A stretch of DNA of 64,000 nucleotides from Chrysomallon squamiferum (GCA_012295275.1 CM022676.1:9424001-9488000), one strand, 5' to 3'. Shown: positions 29,451 through 45,590, numbered from the stretch's first letter. Made by a program: numbers and translations. The notes: generated by a model from the sequence alone, not told the origin.

Positions 29451-30602
29451 TTCTTCATTTATGTGTTTCACGTATCACAAACTAGGACTTCCTTAATAAG
29501 ATTTCTAATTTATCAACATCATAACAAAACAAAAAACGACTTTTCTCCTCTCTCACATATAATCCACTCACATCATTACAAGTGACACAAGTATCTGAAA
29601 AGAAGTCCTAGAAGTCCTAGAAGTCCTAGAAGCAGCCAAAAAAGAGACAAAAAGATCCAAAGTTGAAGAATTCATTTTCCCCCCCCGATCCCTCTTAAGA
29701 GCTCGAAATCTCCATCTCAAAATGCTACTAATGAACGAAGGATTCCTCTTTGCCCTTTCATCGTGAAAATCGCCTTCAAGTAGACTCTCATTTATTTAAC
29801 AAGACATCTGGCTCTCTCAGTTAGACAGTCCCCTTCACTCAATGAGACGTCCGATTGTCTCGAACGAGACGTCCGATTGGCTGCGGAAAGGCTTCGGGAT
29901 TTGTATCAGGAATAAAAAAGGTTATTAAGACGATTTTCTGAACGACTGTCAAACACTCAATTGTCCAGATCTGAAGGGCTGGCTGGCTGGCTGCATTGTT
30001 GTTTCAAGTGATGATGCTTATAGAGACTAAAGAGTGGGAGAAAACTTATCACAGGGGTCAAAGGTACTCGTGGTAAAGGTCAAAGGTTAAAGTGTTGTTT
30101 TTTTTTGTATGGGTTTACAATGGCTGGAATGACTGTGCATGATAATTTAGGAATGAAGAAAAGTGAGATTGGTTTCTTGTGCCTACTTGCAGTAAACGAT
30201 GTGAAGAATATCTTACAAGAGATATTAACATTTTTATTTTTTTGTTTATAGTTTTGGTGAAGTATTTACATATGTGTGTGTGTGTATGCGAAAGTAAACG
30301 AGATTTTGAAAAAAAACAGGATTGTGCCGTGCGAATTAATTAAATCAGAGTGCAGGTGTTGGTAAAGGTGAAAAAAAGAAAAGAAAAATAAAAATGAAAA
30401 AAGAAAAGTAAAAGAACATAAGAATAGAAAGAAGAAAAGGTAAAAAGAAATAAAAATAAAAATGTGAAAACAAAAGATAAAGATAGGAAAAAAAGAAAAG
30501 AAAAAATGAGAAAAAGGAAAAATATTTTGTACACTTTCTTTGCCCTTATGTTAAAATAAATATTTAATTTTATTGAATTTCTCTCATCTGACCCTTACAT
30601 AT

Positions 30603-30639
<37 letters not shown>

Positions 30640-31204
30640 ATATATATATGTATATATATATATAGATATAGACACACATACACATTCACACATATTCATA
30701 TAAAAACATAGGTGACACAGTTAACATATTCATATTACTATACACACCTAATATGAACCCACCCAACCATAAACCCCCCACAAAAAAAATATTTAACAAT
30801 TTTATGTTACTTCTTGTCACAATAATCTTAATATCAGTTAAAAAAAAAAAAAAAAAAGATAAATTAAATAATTCAGCCATATTTCACAAAGTCACAACCT
30901 ATGTCAAGAGGGTTATTTCCCATCTTTGGAACTCTCCTGTTTTGAAAAACCCAAAATGTATACAGCATAATGGCTTATGGCTGGCTATTCTTTTATCAAC
31001 TGCGAACTCTATTTACATAAGTTATTAACACAACAAATAACACAGCCCTATCTCCACACAAATCAAATTTCCATTTCTGTCCTTTTTTTTTTTTTCCCTT
31101 TTGTCTGGGGCCCATTAGGCCAAGTACTGGGACATGATTTTAGGCAAATGTCGGGGCTGATGTACCACCACCTTAGATCTCTTCAACCCAAGCCTAGCAC
31201 GTTT

Positions 31205-31830
31205 GTACAGGTACTGGTGCTTTTCAAAATCTGGGGGAAATTGTAATAAAAGAACTGGTTAGCAAGTTTGAACAAGGTACTGGTGCTTTTCAAAATCTGG
31301 GGGAAATTGTAATAAAAAGAACTGGTTAGTAAGTTTGAACAAGTGTTGGTGCTTTTCAAAATCTGGGGGAAATTGTAAATAAAAAGAACTGGTTAGTAAG
31401 TTTGAACAAGTGTTGGTGCTTTTCGAAACGTGGAGGAAATTACAGCAAAGGAATTAGTTTTGGTGTTGTTCACAAGTGCTAATGCTTTTTTAAAATTTGG
31501 AGGAATGTAATAAAAGGAATAAAGGACTAATCTAGTTAAAATTCTTTGTTACTCTATTTTATTGGGCTATAAGATTTTTGTTTAAAGGATTAGTGCTCTA
31601 GAAAATTTAGAGGAGATTTAGAAAGGAATAAGAAAATCAATCTATTTAGCAGTGACTTATTGCATCATTTCTGTAAAACTGTATGTACCTATGCTTCAGA
31701 AAATGTGGAAGTAATTGAATAAGAATGACTTGTTTAGTTTCTTTTAGTTCAATGACCTGATCAGTTTGTTATACAAAAAGATTATTTTGTATTGGTGCTT
31801 TTCACAATTTGGTAGAAATTAAATAAAGGA
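31205..31830. repeat. Minisatellite, unit about 64 bp: 4 good copies followed by progressively decayed copies
   Basis: tggtgcttttcaaaatctgggggaaattgtaataaaaagaactggttagtaagtttgaacaag. Confidence 0.9.
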
Positions 31831-31942
31831 CATATCATTTTACATGGTTAATAATTTTTCCATATGATAATTGTAATTACACTGGATTTAAATATTTATG
31901 TGCTTTTACATTTTAATATATGTTATATCTGTCTACCAGCTG

Positions 31943-32001
<59 letters not shown>

Positions 32002-32611
32002 TCCACAAACAACATTAACACACACACACAGATACATTTCTGAATTCACATAACCGTTAATAATATGAAGAAGAAAAAAAAATAATCAGAAAGAAAGAAA
32101 AAAAAAATCCTTATTAAACAAAAAAAAATAGAGGAAAAAAAAAAAGAAAAAAAAAATTAATTTAAATGAAAAGATAAAACAAACCTTAACTCAACAAAAA
32201 CAAAAACAACAAAAAAAAAAAAATGTTTAAAAGCAGAAATCTAAGAAGAAAGCAGAAAGTTCAGATAAAGCCGACTGGATTACGTAACTGTGGAGTGAGA
32301 CCCGCGTACTCATTAAAACTGTATTAGAAAAATGGACTCCTGCAGCTTCTTATTTTAAAAAAAAAAAAAAAACCTTTGACAGGTGAATTTTAACTGTGAG
32401 AAAAACCTCGTTATAAAAAAAACAAAAAAAAAACTTAGATAATTCTGTCTAACTTTCGCTGAATAATAATAGAAAAAAAAAAACACAATAAAAATAATCT
32501 TATGATGTAAGGAACAGGAAGATCAAACAAGATGACAGTAAAATGATGGATGGACGGATGTATGTATGGACTAATTTTTAAATCCACTGTGAAAACAGCC
32601 TGACTGGGTTT

Positions 32612-32962
32612 TTTTTTTCCTCTTTCAATCTCTCACTCTTTCTCTTTCTGTCCATCTCTCTCTTTCTCCCTCCCTCCCCCTCACTCCCTCCTCCATCCCT
32701 GTCTTTTTCCTCTTTCAGTCTCTCGCTCTTTCTCTTTCTGTCCATCCCTCTTTCTCCCTCCCTCTCCCTGACTCCCTCCTCCATCCCTGTCTTTTTCCTC
32801 TTTCAGTCTCTCGCTCTTTCTCTTTCTGTCCATCCCTCTTTCTCCCTCCCTCCCCCTCACTCCCTCCTCCATCCCTGTCTTTTTCCTCTTTCAGTCTCTC
32901 GCTCTTTCTCTTTCTGTCCATCCCTCTTTCTCCCTCCCTCTCTAATCTCTCTTTCAGTCTCT
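32612..32962. repeat. Pyrimidine-rich tandem repeat, unit about 88 bp, about 4 copies
   Basis: tttttcctctttcagtctctcgctctttctctttctgtccatccctctttctccctccctccccctcactccctcctccatccctgtc. Confidence 0.95.
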
Positions 32963-33398
32963 TCAATTATCATATACTTTTGTGAGAAACCTTTCTCTTA
33001 CTTTCTCAATATAATGAAGAGAAATACAGAGATAGTTCGACAGATGGCATAAAGACAAATACATTCACAGATCATACAGACAGAAAAACACAGAGATAGA
33101 GAAAAAAAAAAGAGAAGATATTTTATATATTTATTTATTTATCTGCTGTTTGTTTCATTATCTTAGAATCGATTTCTCTTCATGCGTAAATATTTGCTAT
33201 TTGTGTGCATGTGCATGCATGTGCGTATATATATATGTATCTGTCTGTAAATATTTTCTATGTATGTATCTATCTATCTGTTTATCTATCTATCTATCTA
33301 TGTATCTCTATCTAAATTTTTCTATGTCTGTATCTATCTATCTATCTGTCTGTCTGTCTATCTATCTCTCTATCTCTATCAATATATATATCTGTCTG

Positions 33399-33443
<45 letters not shown>

Positions 33444-34127
33444 ATATATACCTCTCTACCTGTTTGTCTATCTCTCTCTTTTTTAGTCTCTATCTCTTTC
33501 TGCATCTCTCTCGCTCTCTGTCTATCTGTTTCTCTCACTGTTATATCAGACACACTCAAAGAACACTCTACATACACACAGACAACACTTCAGACCTTCA
33601 AACAACAAACTCTACGAGAGAGAATTCTCACAGCAGGTTCCGCAGTACAAGCACACGTATTTTTGAAAAACTAATTCTCTTACAAGTGTGAAATCATTCC
33701 ATCATTATCTCAAAGACGTCTGCAAAATAACACACAAATCTTTACAACAGGAATTTTTGGCTGAAGTTGTAAAATGTTGTCTGTGCAGGCATCAGTCTGA
33801 AGGTTGTGTAGTTTTTAGAAGAACAGAAACAAGGACCGGAAATGAAAACACAACAGAAACAAGTAATCCTTCTTCTGTTGTAATTATTACTGCTACTTGT
33901 AATTATACCGGTAGTTTAATATTACTATTGCAGTTATTACTACTACTACTACTACAACTACTATTGTTCCTACTACTTCTATTACTATTACTACTACTGT
34001 TACTATTACAACTAATGCTACTGCTACTACTACTTCAACTCTCTCAACTACTGCTATTATTCACTACTACTACTATTATTTTTATTATTACTTCTGTTCC
34101 TACTACTTCTATTACTATTATTACTAT

Positions 34128-34171
<44 letters not shown>

Positions 34172-34939
34172 TTACTACTACTACTACTATTACTACTACT
34201 TTCATTTCACTAAAACCACCACTACAACTACAACTGCTTCCACTGCTTTATCACTATTGTTAGAACCACTTTCAGATGCACTCACACATATAAAAAATTC
34301 ATGGTATTTTATTTAAAAGATAAATGTAAATTATTTATATAAAAAAATAAATTCACAAAGCCTCATACATGTTTTTATTTACGCTATACAATAAAACCCC
34401 GTAGATCACAGCCTCACTCCCATCCATCCCACCCTCACCTTGAGAAGAAGTACACTTGCGCACTTCGCCAGAATAAATCCCAATCAATGTAATATTTGTC
34501 AACATTGAGCCATAGGTATTTTCATCCTAGGCAAAATATTGACTCAGACTTTGTAGGTTATTGACTCAGGCTTTGTAGGTCTATGTTTTTACAAATCCAT
34601 CATCTTTTTTTTGTTGTATTAACCAGCAAGGATGTTCAAACAGAAATGCAGAACAGACAGACACACAGACAGACAGACTGACAGACTGATGGACCCAGAT
34701 TTAACAAAAAATGTTTATGTATGTAAGATTTAAAATAACTTTAATAATAAAAAAAATTATGAATATTATATTTTTTGTTTATTATTTGAAAAAAGACAGA
34801 CAGACAGACAGACAAAGAGAGAGTATGAATAAGTGGAATGATACAAAGCTTAAATCTTAAGATTACTGACTTAAAAATCTTGCACTATTTATTTTAACAA
34901 AATTTTTGAAAAATTATTAGACATTTTCCCTAACTTCTA

Positions 34940-34970
<31 letters not shown>

Positions 34971-35917
34971 AAAAACAACAAAAGCAATAATAATCATAAT
35001 AATAATAATAATTTCAATAGTTTAATAACAATAATAATAATAGCAATAGTAATAACAACAGTAGTAGTAACAATAGTCCTAATATTAATAATAGTAATAG
35101 TAAAATTACTAATAGCAGTAACAGTTAGCAGTTGTAGTAGTTGTAGTAGTAGTAGTAGTAGTAGGATGGTGGTAGTACTGGTAGTAGTAGTAATGATGGT
35201 AATAGTAACAGTAATAATAACAGTAGTAATGGTAATCATAATAATAATGTAGTAGTGGTAGTTATAGTAACAACAACAACAACAACTATTGCAATATTAA
35301 TAATACGGATTGTAACAGCTTTTTTCCCATTCCAACAAGACACCACTGTGGTAGATTTTAATCAGGTAATAATAAGAAGAATTATAAATAACTGGATTTA
35401 ACTAAATCCTCTAATCAGGATTGATCCCATTTCCCTAAGCATCTGAGACAATCTTAATACAATAAGCTGCTTCCCATTTATCATAAGCTAAAAATAACTG
35501 TCAAAACTTCTTATCTTTTCTTTTCTTAATTATATATATATATATATATATAACAGGTGTGTAATACTGAAAAATAACATATCTTTGTAAAATATCAGTT
35601 AATTATTATTATTATATCACCACCCCTATGATTCTGTCTGGACTATAACTCATGGCTAAGTATTGTTAAAATAGCAGACTGAATTTTCTTTGTATACTTT
35701 AAATACAGTGCTTGTGTGACACAGAGCTGGGGTGGGTCCATTTCAAGAAAGAGGGGGAGTTGTCTTGGGTATTATTATTCAAGAAGAGGTGTGGAATAAA
35801 GGATAAAAGTTATAAATTAATTAATTAATTAAAAAAAAATGAAAGGATAATAAGTGGGCTTGTATCAAAGTGAATTTTTGTGTAAATAAAAATAAAAATA
35901 TTGGTTAGTTAAAATTA

Positions 35918-35985
<68 letters not shown>

Positions 35986-36975
35986 GTAATAATAACAATT
36001 AAAATTAAATAGTAACAGTTAAAAATAAATATATAAAAATAAATAAATAAATAAAAATAAATAAATGCAAAAATTTTTATAAAATAAAATAAATAAATGC
36101 AAAAATAAAAAAAAATAAAATAAAAAAAATTAAAAATAATAAAAAAAAAATAAAAAAATAAAATAATAATAAAATTAATAAAATAATAAAATTAATAAAA
36201 AAATAATAAAAATAAATAAATAAATAAATAAAATAAAATAAAAAAAAAAAAAAAAATAAATAAAAAAAAAATAATAAATAAAAAAAAAAAAAAATAAAAA
36301 TAAATAAATAATAAAAACAAATAAATAAAAATAAAATAAAATAAGTAATAAATAAATTAATTTAAAAAAAAATGATAAGGGGAATGAAAAGAAATACAAC
36401 TCACTCTCACCCAGATCTGGTTCCTGATATTTTCTAAATGTCTACCATTAGTCTGAGTCTTAAACACAGGAATAAAATTTAAAAAAACAAAAACAAAAAA
36501 AAACAAAAAAAAAATATGTCATTAAGAATATTGGTTAATGGAGGAGTTTGACAGAAAATAAACCAAGCATAGAAAAATACTGTTTCCAGTCAAAAATAAA
36601 AAAGGAAAAAAAAGAACAAAAACCAAAGAATGTTGCCTCATAAACTAGAGCCAATTCATGTCACTTTTTTTTGTTTATTTAATACTGAATATCTTGAATC
36701 TGTGTTTTTAATATTTTTAAACATTTTTTATTTTATTTTTTTTACTTCTTTTCACTCATCTTGCTTTCGTTTCTTCTTCTTTCCTAATTTCCACTTTTAT
36801 CTCAGAGCACTTGAATTCTCATCAAGTAGATAGTTTAACAATGATACTGTATCATGTTAATAATAATGTAAATGTATAATAAATTTAGTATTAATACTGG
36901 TATTAATTAAGTTCAGGTGTGTATGCAGGTAAAGTTTTTGGAACAGAAAAATTCTAAATAAAAATACCTGGAGTA

Positions 36976-37011
<36 letters not shown>

Positions 37012-37159
37012 CTGTTTATGTATTTATTCGTGTCTTTGTATCTGTGTATGTCATGTGCATTTCAGTGACTTTGGAACAGTATGTGTAAACTAATAAGAAA
37101 AACAAAAAAAAGTTCAGAGATATATTAGATTTCCTAAAGTATTTCCAAACAATTTTACC

Positions 37160-37230
<71 letters not shown>

Positions 37231-38648
37231 CACACACACTACTGAATCTATAAATATTATCTCATTTTAATAAAATACAAATAAACAAGGTTCTCAAGAA
37301 GCTGTATTACATCCCTGCATATAACAAAACACAGATAATGTTCCGTGCATAATTAAATATAATTCAGTATTAAATGAGGCAGTGATATTAAAAACATATT
37401 TCAAAAAAGCTTTTCCTTAAAAGAATATTCGACCTGAACTTTTTATAACTTTTCACAGTATGTAATCTACATTAAATGTAATTTATGTATCCATAGGACA
37501 CACACACACACACAGACACACACACACACATACACTCACACACATAAATTAATAACACTGTAAAAAAATGGCTAATTCATAATGACTCATTTGATAACAC
37601 ACCAAAATCTAAGATACTGAAGTGAAAAATATTAAGACAAAAAAAAAAAAAAAAAAAAAAAAAAAAGGTTAATGTTCCATAAGCATAATGACCTTTATAA
37701 GGAAAAGGCCATTTTTGAATTAAAAAAAAATTAAAAGTTACAACATTAAAGATGTACATGAAAAATGAAAAATGAATATTTGAATATTTGACCGATAAAT
37801 TTTAAATGCATTTCTCAGCAGGTAGGAATTATAATACATCCACAACTGTGATAAAAGTATTTTTACTTTAAAAAAAATTATTTTTAAAAATAAAGAAATA
37901 TAAAAAAAAAGATACTAAGTTATAGTTTAGCAATTCAATGGAACCATCTCCTGTGACTAGCTAAATTGTTGTAATAACCAGCAAGTGTGTTATACGGCTT
38001 GTAAATCACTGGTGAGCTGTTGTGAAGGTTAGATGGAGGGGGGGGCGTTAACAGCTAGTCTGGTTGGTTATATGATATAGATAGTATGTAAATAATGAAG
38101 AGAGAGAGAGAGAGATTGAAAAAAAATGGAAAAGAAAAGATTGATATATTTAGTGATTAGGTTGATTTATTGACGGTGAAGTGAATACTACCGTGGAATA
38201 TAGTGACTGTTAAACGATGGGTGAAAATAGAATGAGAAGAATAAAAGGAAGGAATGATAAAAAAAAAAAAGGTAAAGGAATGAATAAAAAAAAAGGTAAA
38301 AAAAAGAAAAGAATGAAAGAGAAAATAAGAGAAAAATGAATGAATGAAAAAAGAAAGAAAAGAAAAGAAAGAAAAAAGGAAAGATGAAGGAAGGAAAAAA
38401 GGAAATAAAAAAAGAAAAGAGGAAAGAAGAATGAAAGGGAGAAAAGATGAAAGAAAACAGAAGGAACAAATGGAAAGAAAAGGAATGAAAAATAATAAAA
38501 AAAAAAAGGAAGGAAAAAAAAAAAAAAAAGAATGAATACAGAAGAATGAAAAAATTAATTTTAATATAATAAAAAAAGGAAGGAAAAAAAAAAAAAAATG
38601 AAAGAAAAAAAAATTAATTTTATAAAAATAAGAAAAAAAAAAAAAAAG

Positions 38649-38695
<47 letters not shown>

Positions 38696-39526
38696 ACACG
38701 AATGAAAAAAAGCAAAGAAACAATTTCTAAGGAAAAAGGAAAATAAACACAGAAGGAATGAATGAAAGAAAACAGAAAAAAGAAAAGAAAAAAGAATGAA
38801 TACAGAATGGATGAAAGAAAAGGTTTCTAGAAAGAGGAGAATTTTTGAAAAAAAAAAGAAAAAAAAAAACGAGAAATGAATTTAAAATAAGACAAATAAA
38901 ACAAACACCACAAGATCAAAGAAACACAAATATGTTTGTAACTTTTTTCCAATTCTTACTTCATCCTAATTTCTTTTTCTTCTTTTTTACAACATACAGC
39001 AAATTTTCTAATACTGAAAAGTATTTGTACCAAACTGCAACAGAAAAAAAACAACAAAAAAAAAATCCCCCAAAAATCTAAAAGTTTTCTTTTCATTATC
39101 GGCCATTTTTCCCCCCCCCCACCATTTGTTAAAGCAATTACCAAACACACAACACTTTCCCACCATTTGTCTGTCAGCACCTCCCCCTCCCCCCCAAGTT
39201 TTCACAACAGACTCCGCCCTGACATCCCAACCCCTGACTGCATGTTGAAAGATCAAAATGTCTTTCAATTTGAAATTCCACATTTTTAAAAACAAAAAAA
39301 ATATAAAAAAATAAAAAAATGTCTGGCTCAAGACTAATGATTTCAAGAGGTCATCAGAAGGTAAAATAATTTCGTTCAGGGTTTAATAAAAAAATAAAAT
39401 AAAAATAAAATTAAAATAAAAATGAAAAATAAAATGTAGTTTTATGGTTTCTTGAAAAGTTTATAGGTTTTTGAAACAGCCTTTAACTGGAAGAGAGGGG
39501 GGAATATTGTTATGTATATATATATA

Positions 39527-39557
<31 letters not shown>

Positions 39558-41499
39558 GTTTGTGTGTTTGTGTGTGTGTGTGTGTGTGTATGTGTGTGTG
39601 TGTGTGTGTGTATGTGTGTGTGTTTGTATTTGTGTGCGTGTTTGTGAGTGTGTTTGTTGTGTGTGTGTGTGTGTGTTTACATTGCACACTGCACAGAAGT
39701 GTGTGAGTATATATACATTTATTTCAGTACATTGATGAAGTTTATTGTACAACTGAGTATGTACATGTGTTTTTGTAAGTGTGTACATGAGAGTGTGTGT
39801 ATGACTGCACACATGTGTACAAACTGAAAGAAAGAAAAATAAACTGCTAGACATTAAAAAAAAATAAAAAATCAATCATAGATAAAAATATTAAATAATA
39901 AAAAAAAAAAAAAAATCAATTTTCAAAAATCTCCTTACCTTTGAACAATAACAGTCCAGTCAAAATATACAGAAAACTTTTCATCATTTCATCCCCATCA
40001 GGGCCCCAAATAACATCCTCATCAGGGCCTCTTATGCAAGCATTATCTGGGTTAATGATAAATGATTTAATAAAATTTCGCAATTAGCAGGTAGCATGAC
40101 TTGCTGATAATCCACTAATACATTTTATATCTGACTGACTTAAGTAATTTAGACAATCCTTTTGGTAATCCATTTGAATCCATTATAAACGGATCCACCA
40201 AAATCCACCAGAAAAATGTTGCTATGCTGGTTGACAGTGGTCAGAAATGAAATGTCCAAGGAATCTGTCACTGACCTCAACACTGGCCACAGATCAATAA
40301 CACAGTTCTTGAGAATCTCTCATTAATACCTGAAACAGGTAAAAAATACAGGTAAAAATACAGGTAAAAATAGACGAATGTAAAAAAAAAAAAATATATA
40401 TGTGTGTGAACAGAAAAATTAAAATTAGCAAGAACTAGATATTAGTATTAATTAGGTTTGGTTGTAGGTATAAGTAAATATAAGAAAAGAAAAGAACAGG
40501 TAAAAATAAATGAATAATAAAATTAAAATTAACAATATTAATTAATATATTAGTGTTAATTAGGTTCATGTGTAAATACAGGTGAAAATAATTGAGCAGA
40601 AAAGGTTATTTAAAATAACTGGTATATAAAAAAAAATAATACTCATCATTTGTATTTATATTAATATTAATTTACCAGTACCACACACATATATGTAAAA
40701 ATAAAAAAATTGAAGTTAAAGCAATACTGAAGCAATTTACTTGTGACATTGAAAATCTACCTATCTGTCTGTGTGTGTGTGTGTATATATATATGTATAT
40801 ATTATATGATTATAGATATACACACACACACACATACATACACATACACAAACATAGACATAAAAATATTACATACAAAAACAACACTGAAACATCAATT
40901 TACCTGTGAAAATAAAAACTTGTTATCTTTTCAAAATATACAGTTAAATTGTTTTGCCTGTCTCCAAGGTTTACGAATGCTGACAGTGCCAGTGTAAACA
41001 GTAAACAGTAAACAAAGAATGACCACCACACAGGACTGTGGAAGAATCCTGACCAGGTAAACAAGATGAAATGTTTTGGACAAAGAAATTTGATTCCATG
41101 AAACAACAACAAAAAAAAAAAATAATAACTAGTTTCAAAAACTATGATAAGATTTGTAATTAGAAGTTAAATTTTAAAAAATCTACAACAATTAAAACAA
41201 ATTAAAATTATGATAATAACAACAATAATAACAACAATGACAAAGATGATGATAGATGGTAGTAATAATGAAGTTGATGATGAAGATCATTATAAGTTAT
41301 ATTATATAATAATGATAAATATAAAAATGGACAACTGTTAGTGAAACAAAAAACAAAAACAAAAAAAACCAAGAAAAAATAAACATAATAATAATCATCA
41401 TCATCATTAATAATATAAAAAATAATATATACTTTGATACATTCATCATCTGACCATCCATTCATGTATTTGTAAAATCAGTTTATTAATTTTGAAATA

Positions 41500-41544
<45 letters not shown>

Positions 41545-42277
41545 AGAATTTGTATGTTTGTGTCAAAGTACCTGTTCATATACAGGTATATTTAGTTTAT
41601 TTAATTTCTGTGTATTTGCTAATTTTTTACTTTTCTTTCTTCTGCTTATCAAACGTCTGTTCATCTGTCTTTCTGTCTGTCATACAAAACAATATAATTC
41701 TAAATATAGAAAAACAATACGTTTTTCCTCTTCTAGACTAATCACAGATCAATGATGATTATTTGAACTATTTTTATTTTTATTTTTTGGAGTTTGTCAA
41801 ACATGGATGGCAAACAGAAATCACATGACTCAGACAAGAGATGGATTGTGGGATACCTCGTGGCACTCTTCTGCCTGTGAAGTATGTAAACGTCATCTGG
41901 CATGCTCTGCAGATACACAAATATTTAAAATGGCGGCCATGTTGAAAGTGACGTACACACTCTTTTAACACTAAGACACAGAAGATCTACGAAAGGTAGA
42001 TAACTTGAGGTTAATTAGTAGAGCCAATTAAAATTTTTATTTTTTTATTTTACAAACAAATAATTGATTTGTGTTGTTTATTTTATAAACAGAGCTTGCA
42101 TATTAAATGACAGTTCACATAAAAAATTAAATTCTTTTTATAAAGAATATTACAAAACGAATTTTTTTTTTTTTTTACTGAAGCTTAAAATAATACCATA
42201 AATTTTAGTATAAATTTTTAATTATTACAGTTATATTTTTTTATATTATATTACTAATGAAGTAGAATTTAAATTTT

Positions 42278-42310
<33 letters not shown>

Positions 42311-43911
42311 AGATGTTTCATCAGTTATAATTTTAGTTACTGACTCCAAACAGAACAAACATTTATAGCCAAATATCAAAATATGTTAAAAATTCAAAGC
42401 TTCCTTGGGAATATGCTTGAAAAGAAAAAAGAAAACAAATTTTTTGAATTTAATAAAATAGAATAAAAAGAAAGATGAAGAATTTTTAAAAATGAAAATA
42501 TGAAGAGAAAAATAAAATATTCCAAAATTCTTAAATAACAGAAATAAGGTAGTCATAAAAATATATATATATTTTAATAAGAAATATTAAAAAAATATAA
42601 AGTTTTAGAATTATAGATAAAAAATATAAAGATAATAATAATTAATGAATATTTTTTTTTTCTTGTTTTTTTTTTTTAGTTTTTGTAGATATGAAAAAGA
42701 ACAAAAAATCTGTCAAAATACGAAACTAAGGCTACAAACAATATCTGTAGGACGCCATATTTGTTTGTTCTTTCAATCGGAACAGCCTAAATATTTGCTG
42801 CGGATCTGTGATCAAGTAGCCATGTTAACTGCCAATCCAAACAAACATCGTCAGAAAATTTATGTGTGGTAGATTTATTATTTTTGTTCAGCCCATATGT
42901 TGTTTAAATCTGCTGATAGCAAGAAGCTCAAAAATAGCTTAGTTTGTTAATATAACTTGTCTACTGGGGGAAAAAAGATAAAAAGAAAACGCTCAGAATT
43001 AATTAATTTTTTTATATACGAGAAAGCTCAATTCTAAATCTAATGACTATTGAAAACGAGAATAATAAAGAGATGATTTTACCATTCATAATAATAATGA
43101 TGATAATAATGATAACGATAATAACAAAATAATGATGATAATGATGATGATAATAATAACATTCTGAAAAAATACTTTCTAATAAATTTAAATAAAAACA
43201 TGAATATGTGAAAAATAAAAATAATAAAAAATTGCAGTAATGCTTTAAATTTAATATTATCATAAACATTTGAATATATAAAAATATACAGACAGCTGAC
43301 AGACACACGTCAACAGACAAAGCATATTTGCATTTAATTTCAATTAAACGTAGCTTCATTACGATACATCATCATTTTTTATTTTATTGTTCTTTCTTTT
43401 CTTTTTTTCTCTCGTCTCATCATCATAATATTTACTTTACAATAAACAAACCGTTCTTTGACAGTCAGGTCAGAATAAGGTCAATGTCAAGGTCGTACAA
43501 TTTTTTAATTAAAAAAAAAAAAAAAAGTGTGAAAATATTTACTCGTGTAAAGAGAACAGACTTTGTCTCCACGGAAACAGAAGTCCAGTAAAAGACATAT
43601 ATTGATTGTATCAATATTTACATGGCAGAAAATGCAGTGAATAACGAACAATGGATTTAGAATGTCGTTTAATGGACTACTGGACAAAAACAACATTTTG
43701 ATTTGGATGTTAGAGGACTCAGTTGTACAGATACGTACACTGAAAATAAACAAATAAATAAATACACACACATACATACATACATACACATAAACATAAA
43801 CACACACACAGAGATGCACAGATAAGCATACTAACACACACACACATACGAATACAGATGTATGTCCTATCCATGCATAAATATGTATGTGTGTGTGAGT
43901 GTGTATATATA

Positions 43912-43944
<33 letters not shown>

Positions 43945-44981
43945 ATATATATATATATATATACACGTATATATGTGTATATGTATGTATGTATCTAGAT
44001 ATTTAAGTATGTGTCTATGCATGCATGTATACACACATACTATCACACACACACACACATATATATATCCCATTATGCATTTGTTCAAAACAGACATATT
44101 CATACCCGTCAATGCATACGCACACATGCACACACACACACATACCCACACAGATGTCAGTCATTCTTACAAACACAGATACCTCCCTCTCTAAACAACA
44201 AAATCTTCTACTCGTAACTATAGCAACATACAAAAACGACTGACTCATTCACAGATACACAAACTGCTTTAAAATTAACCCAATAATTTATCTCTGTTTT
44301 CCATACAATAAAATAAAATAATAAGTATGAAAAATATTATTAAAAACAAAAATCCAGAATAACTAAAAATACAAAGTATAAAAAAATTAAAAAATGAAAT
44401 TTTTTTTTTTTTATCAAACAACGATACCACTGAATATGAAGAAAAAAAAAATAATAATAATAATAATAACTAAAATAAAATAACACTTTTTACATCATAT
44501 CTACCTACAGCGAACTGTATATAACAAAAACAAAAGCAGCAAATAAATTAAATAAACAAATAAATAAGAAAATATTTTTACCTCATGCCTAGGGAAAAAC
44601 GACTCAGAAGAAGACATTTTTTTTTTTTTTTTTTTTTGTTAGAAAAAAGAACAAAAAGAAAAATCCAAGACAAATGAAGACAGAGTTGTAAATATTTAAA
44701 TTAACAGTTGTTTCTGGTTTGTTCTTCTGGTTAACGAACTGAACAATATTGAAACGGAAATCACCACGTCACGGTGCCTTTGTTTGGACAAACATTGAAA
44801 CCTGCCACAGATTTCGTCAAATACAATTCTCTTCATGTTTGTCCGAGATGATGGCTTGAATATTTCCTGGCTGTTTTTTTTTTTTTTTTTTTTTCTCTTC
44901 ACCAATTCCAGACAATATGGTTATAAAGTCATTTCTGGTCAAATATGTTTATTGGTTTTGTTTAGTAGTTATTTATTTATC

Positions 44982-45085
<104 letters not shown>

Positions 45086-45529
45086 GAGAATATTTATTCA
45101 TTTATTTTTGGCCTTTGTTTTATTTAGACTGTTCCCTAGACTATTTCCAATTCTAACCATTGCTTATGACTGCTTATTAAAACAATAATAACATGACAAA
45201 AGATGCACAAAATAAAATCTTGTTCGTTTCTTCTTTCGGAATGCTGCAGAAACACATCAGAAGCGCAGGCTGCCAGTGACAGATAGTTCCAGACGGCGGA
45301 TATCTCGTTATAATCAAGTTATCGCGATAAACGAGAAGTGATGGCGTAATTCACATAAATCGGAATTATCTATCACGGAAAATGCCGAACATGTTCTGAT
45401 AGCGTGTTCTTTTAAATTTGATTCAGAGATAAGATAGACTTTGAAAACTTTATCAACACTCGAGAGCTGTTTAGATATTAAAACAGACTAGCCCATCTGC
45501 AGGAAGTATATTTTAATATTTGTTCTTGT

Positions 45530-45590
<61 letters not shown>

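Noticed and set aside
32578-32966. Repetitive charged ORFs (MDRKRKSERLKEEK)
   Set aside because: Product of a tandem repeat of about 88 bp, with the same peptide appearing in all three frames.
33600-33860. Possible exon in a non-repetitive block
   Set aside because: Splice-like signals are present, but there is no convincing frame or homology.
34395-34420. cccgtagatc resembling miR-100/miR-99
   Set aside because: The match stops after about 10 nt and no precursor hairpin is visible.
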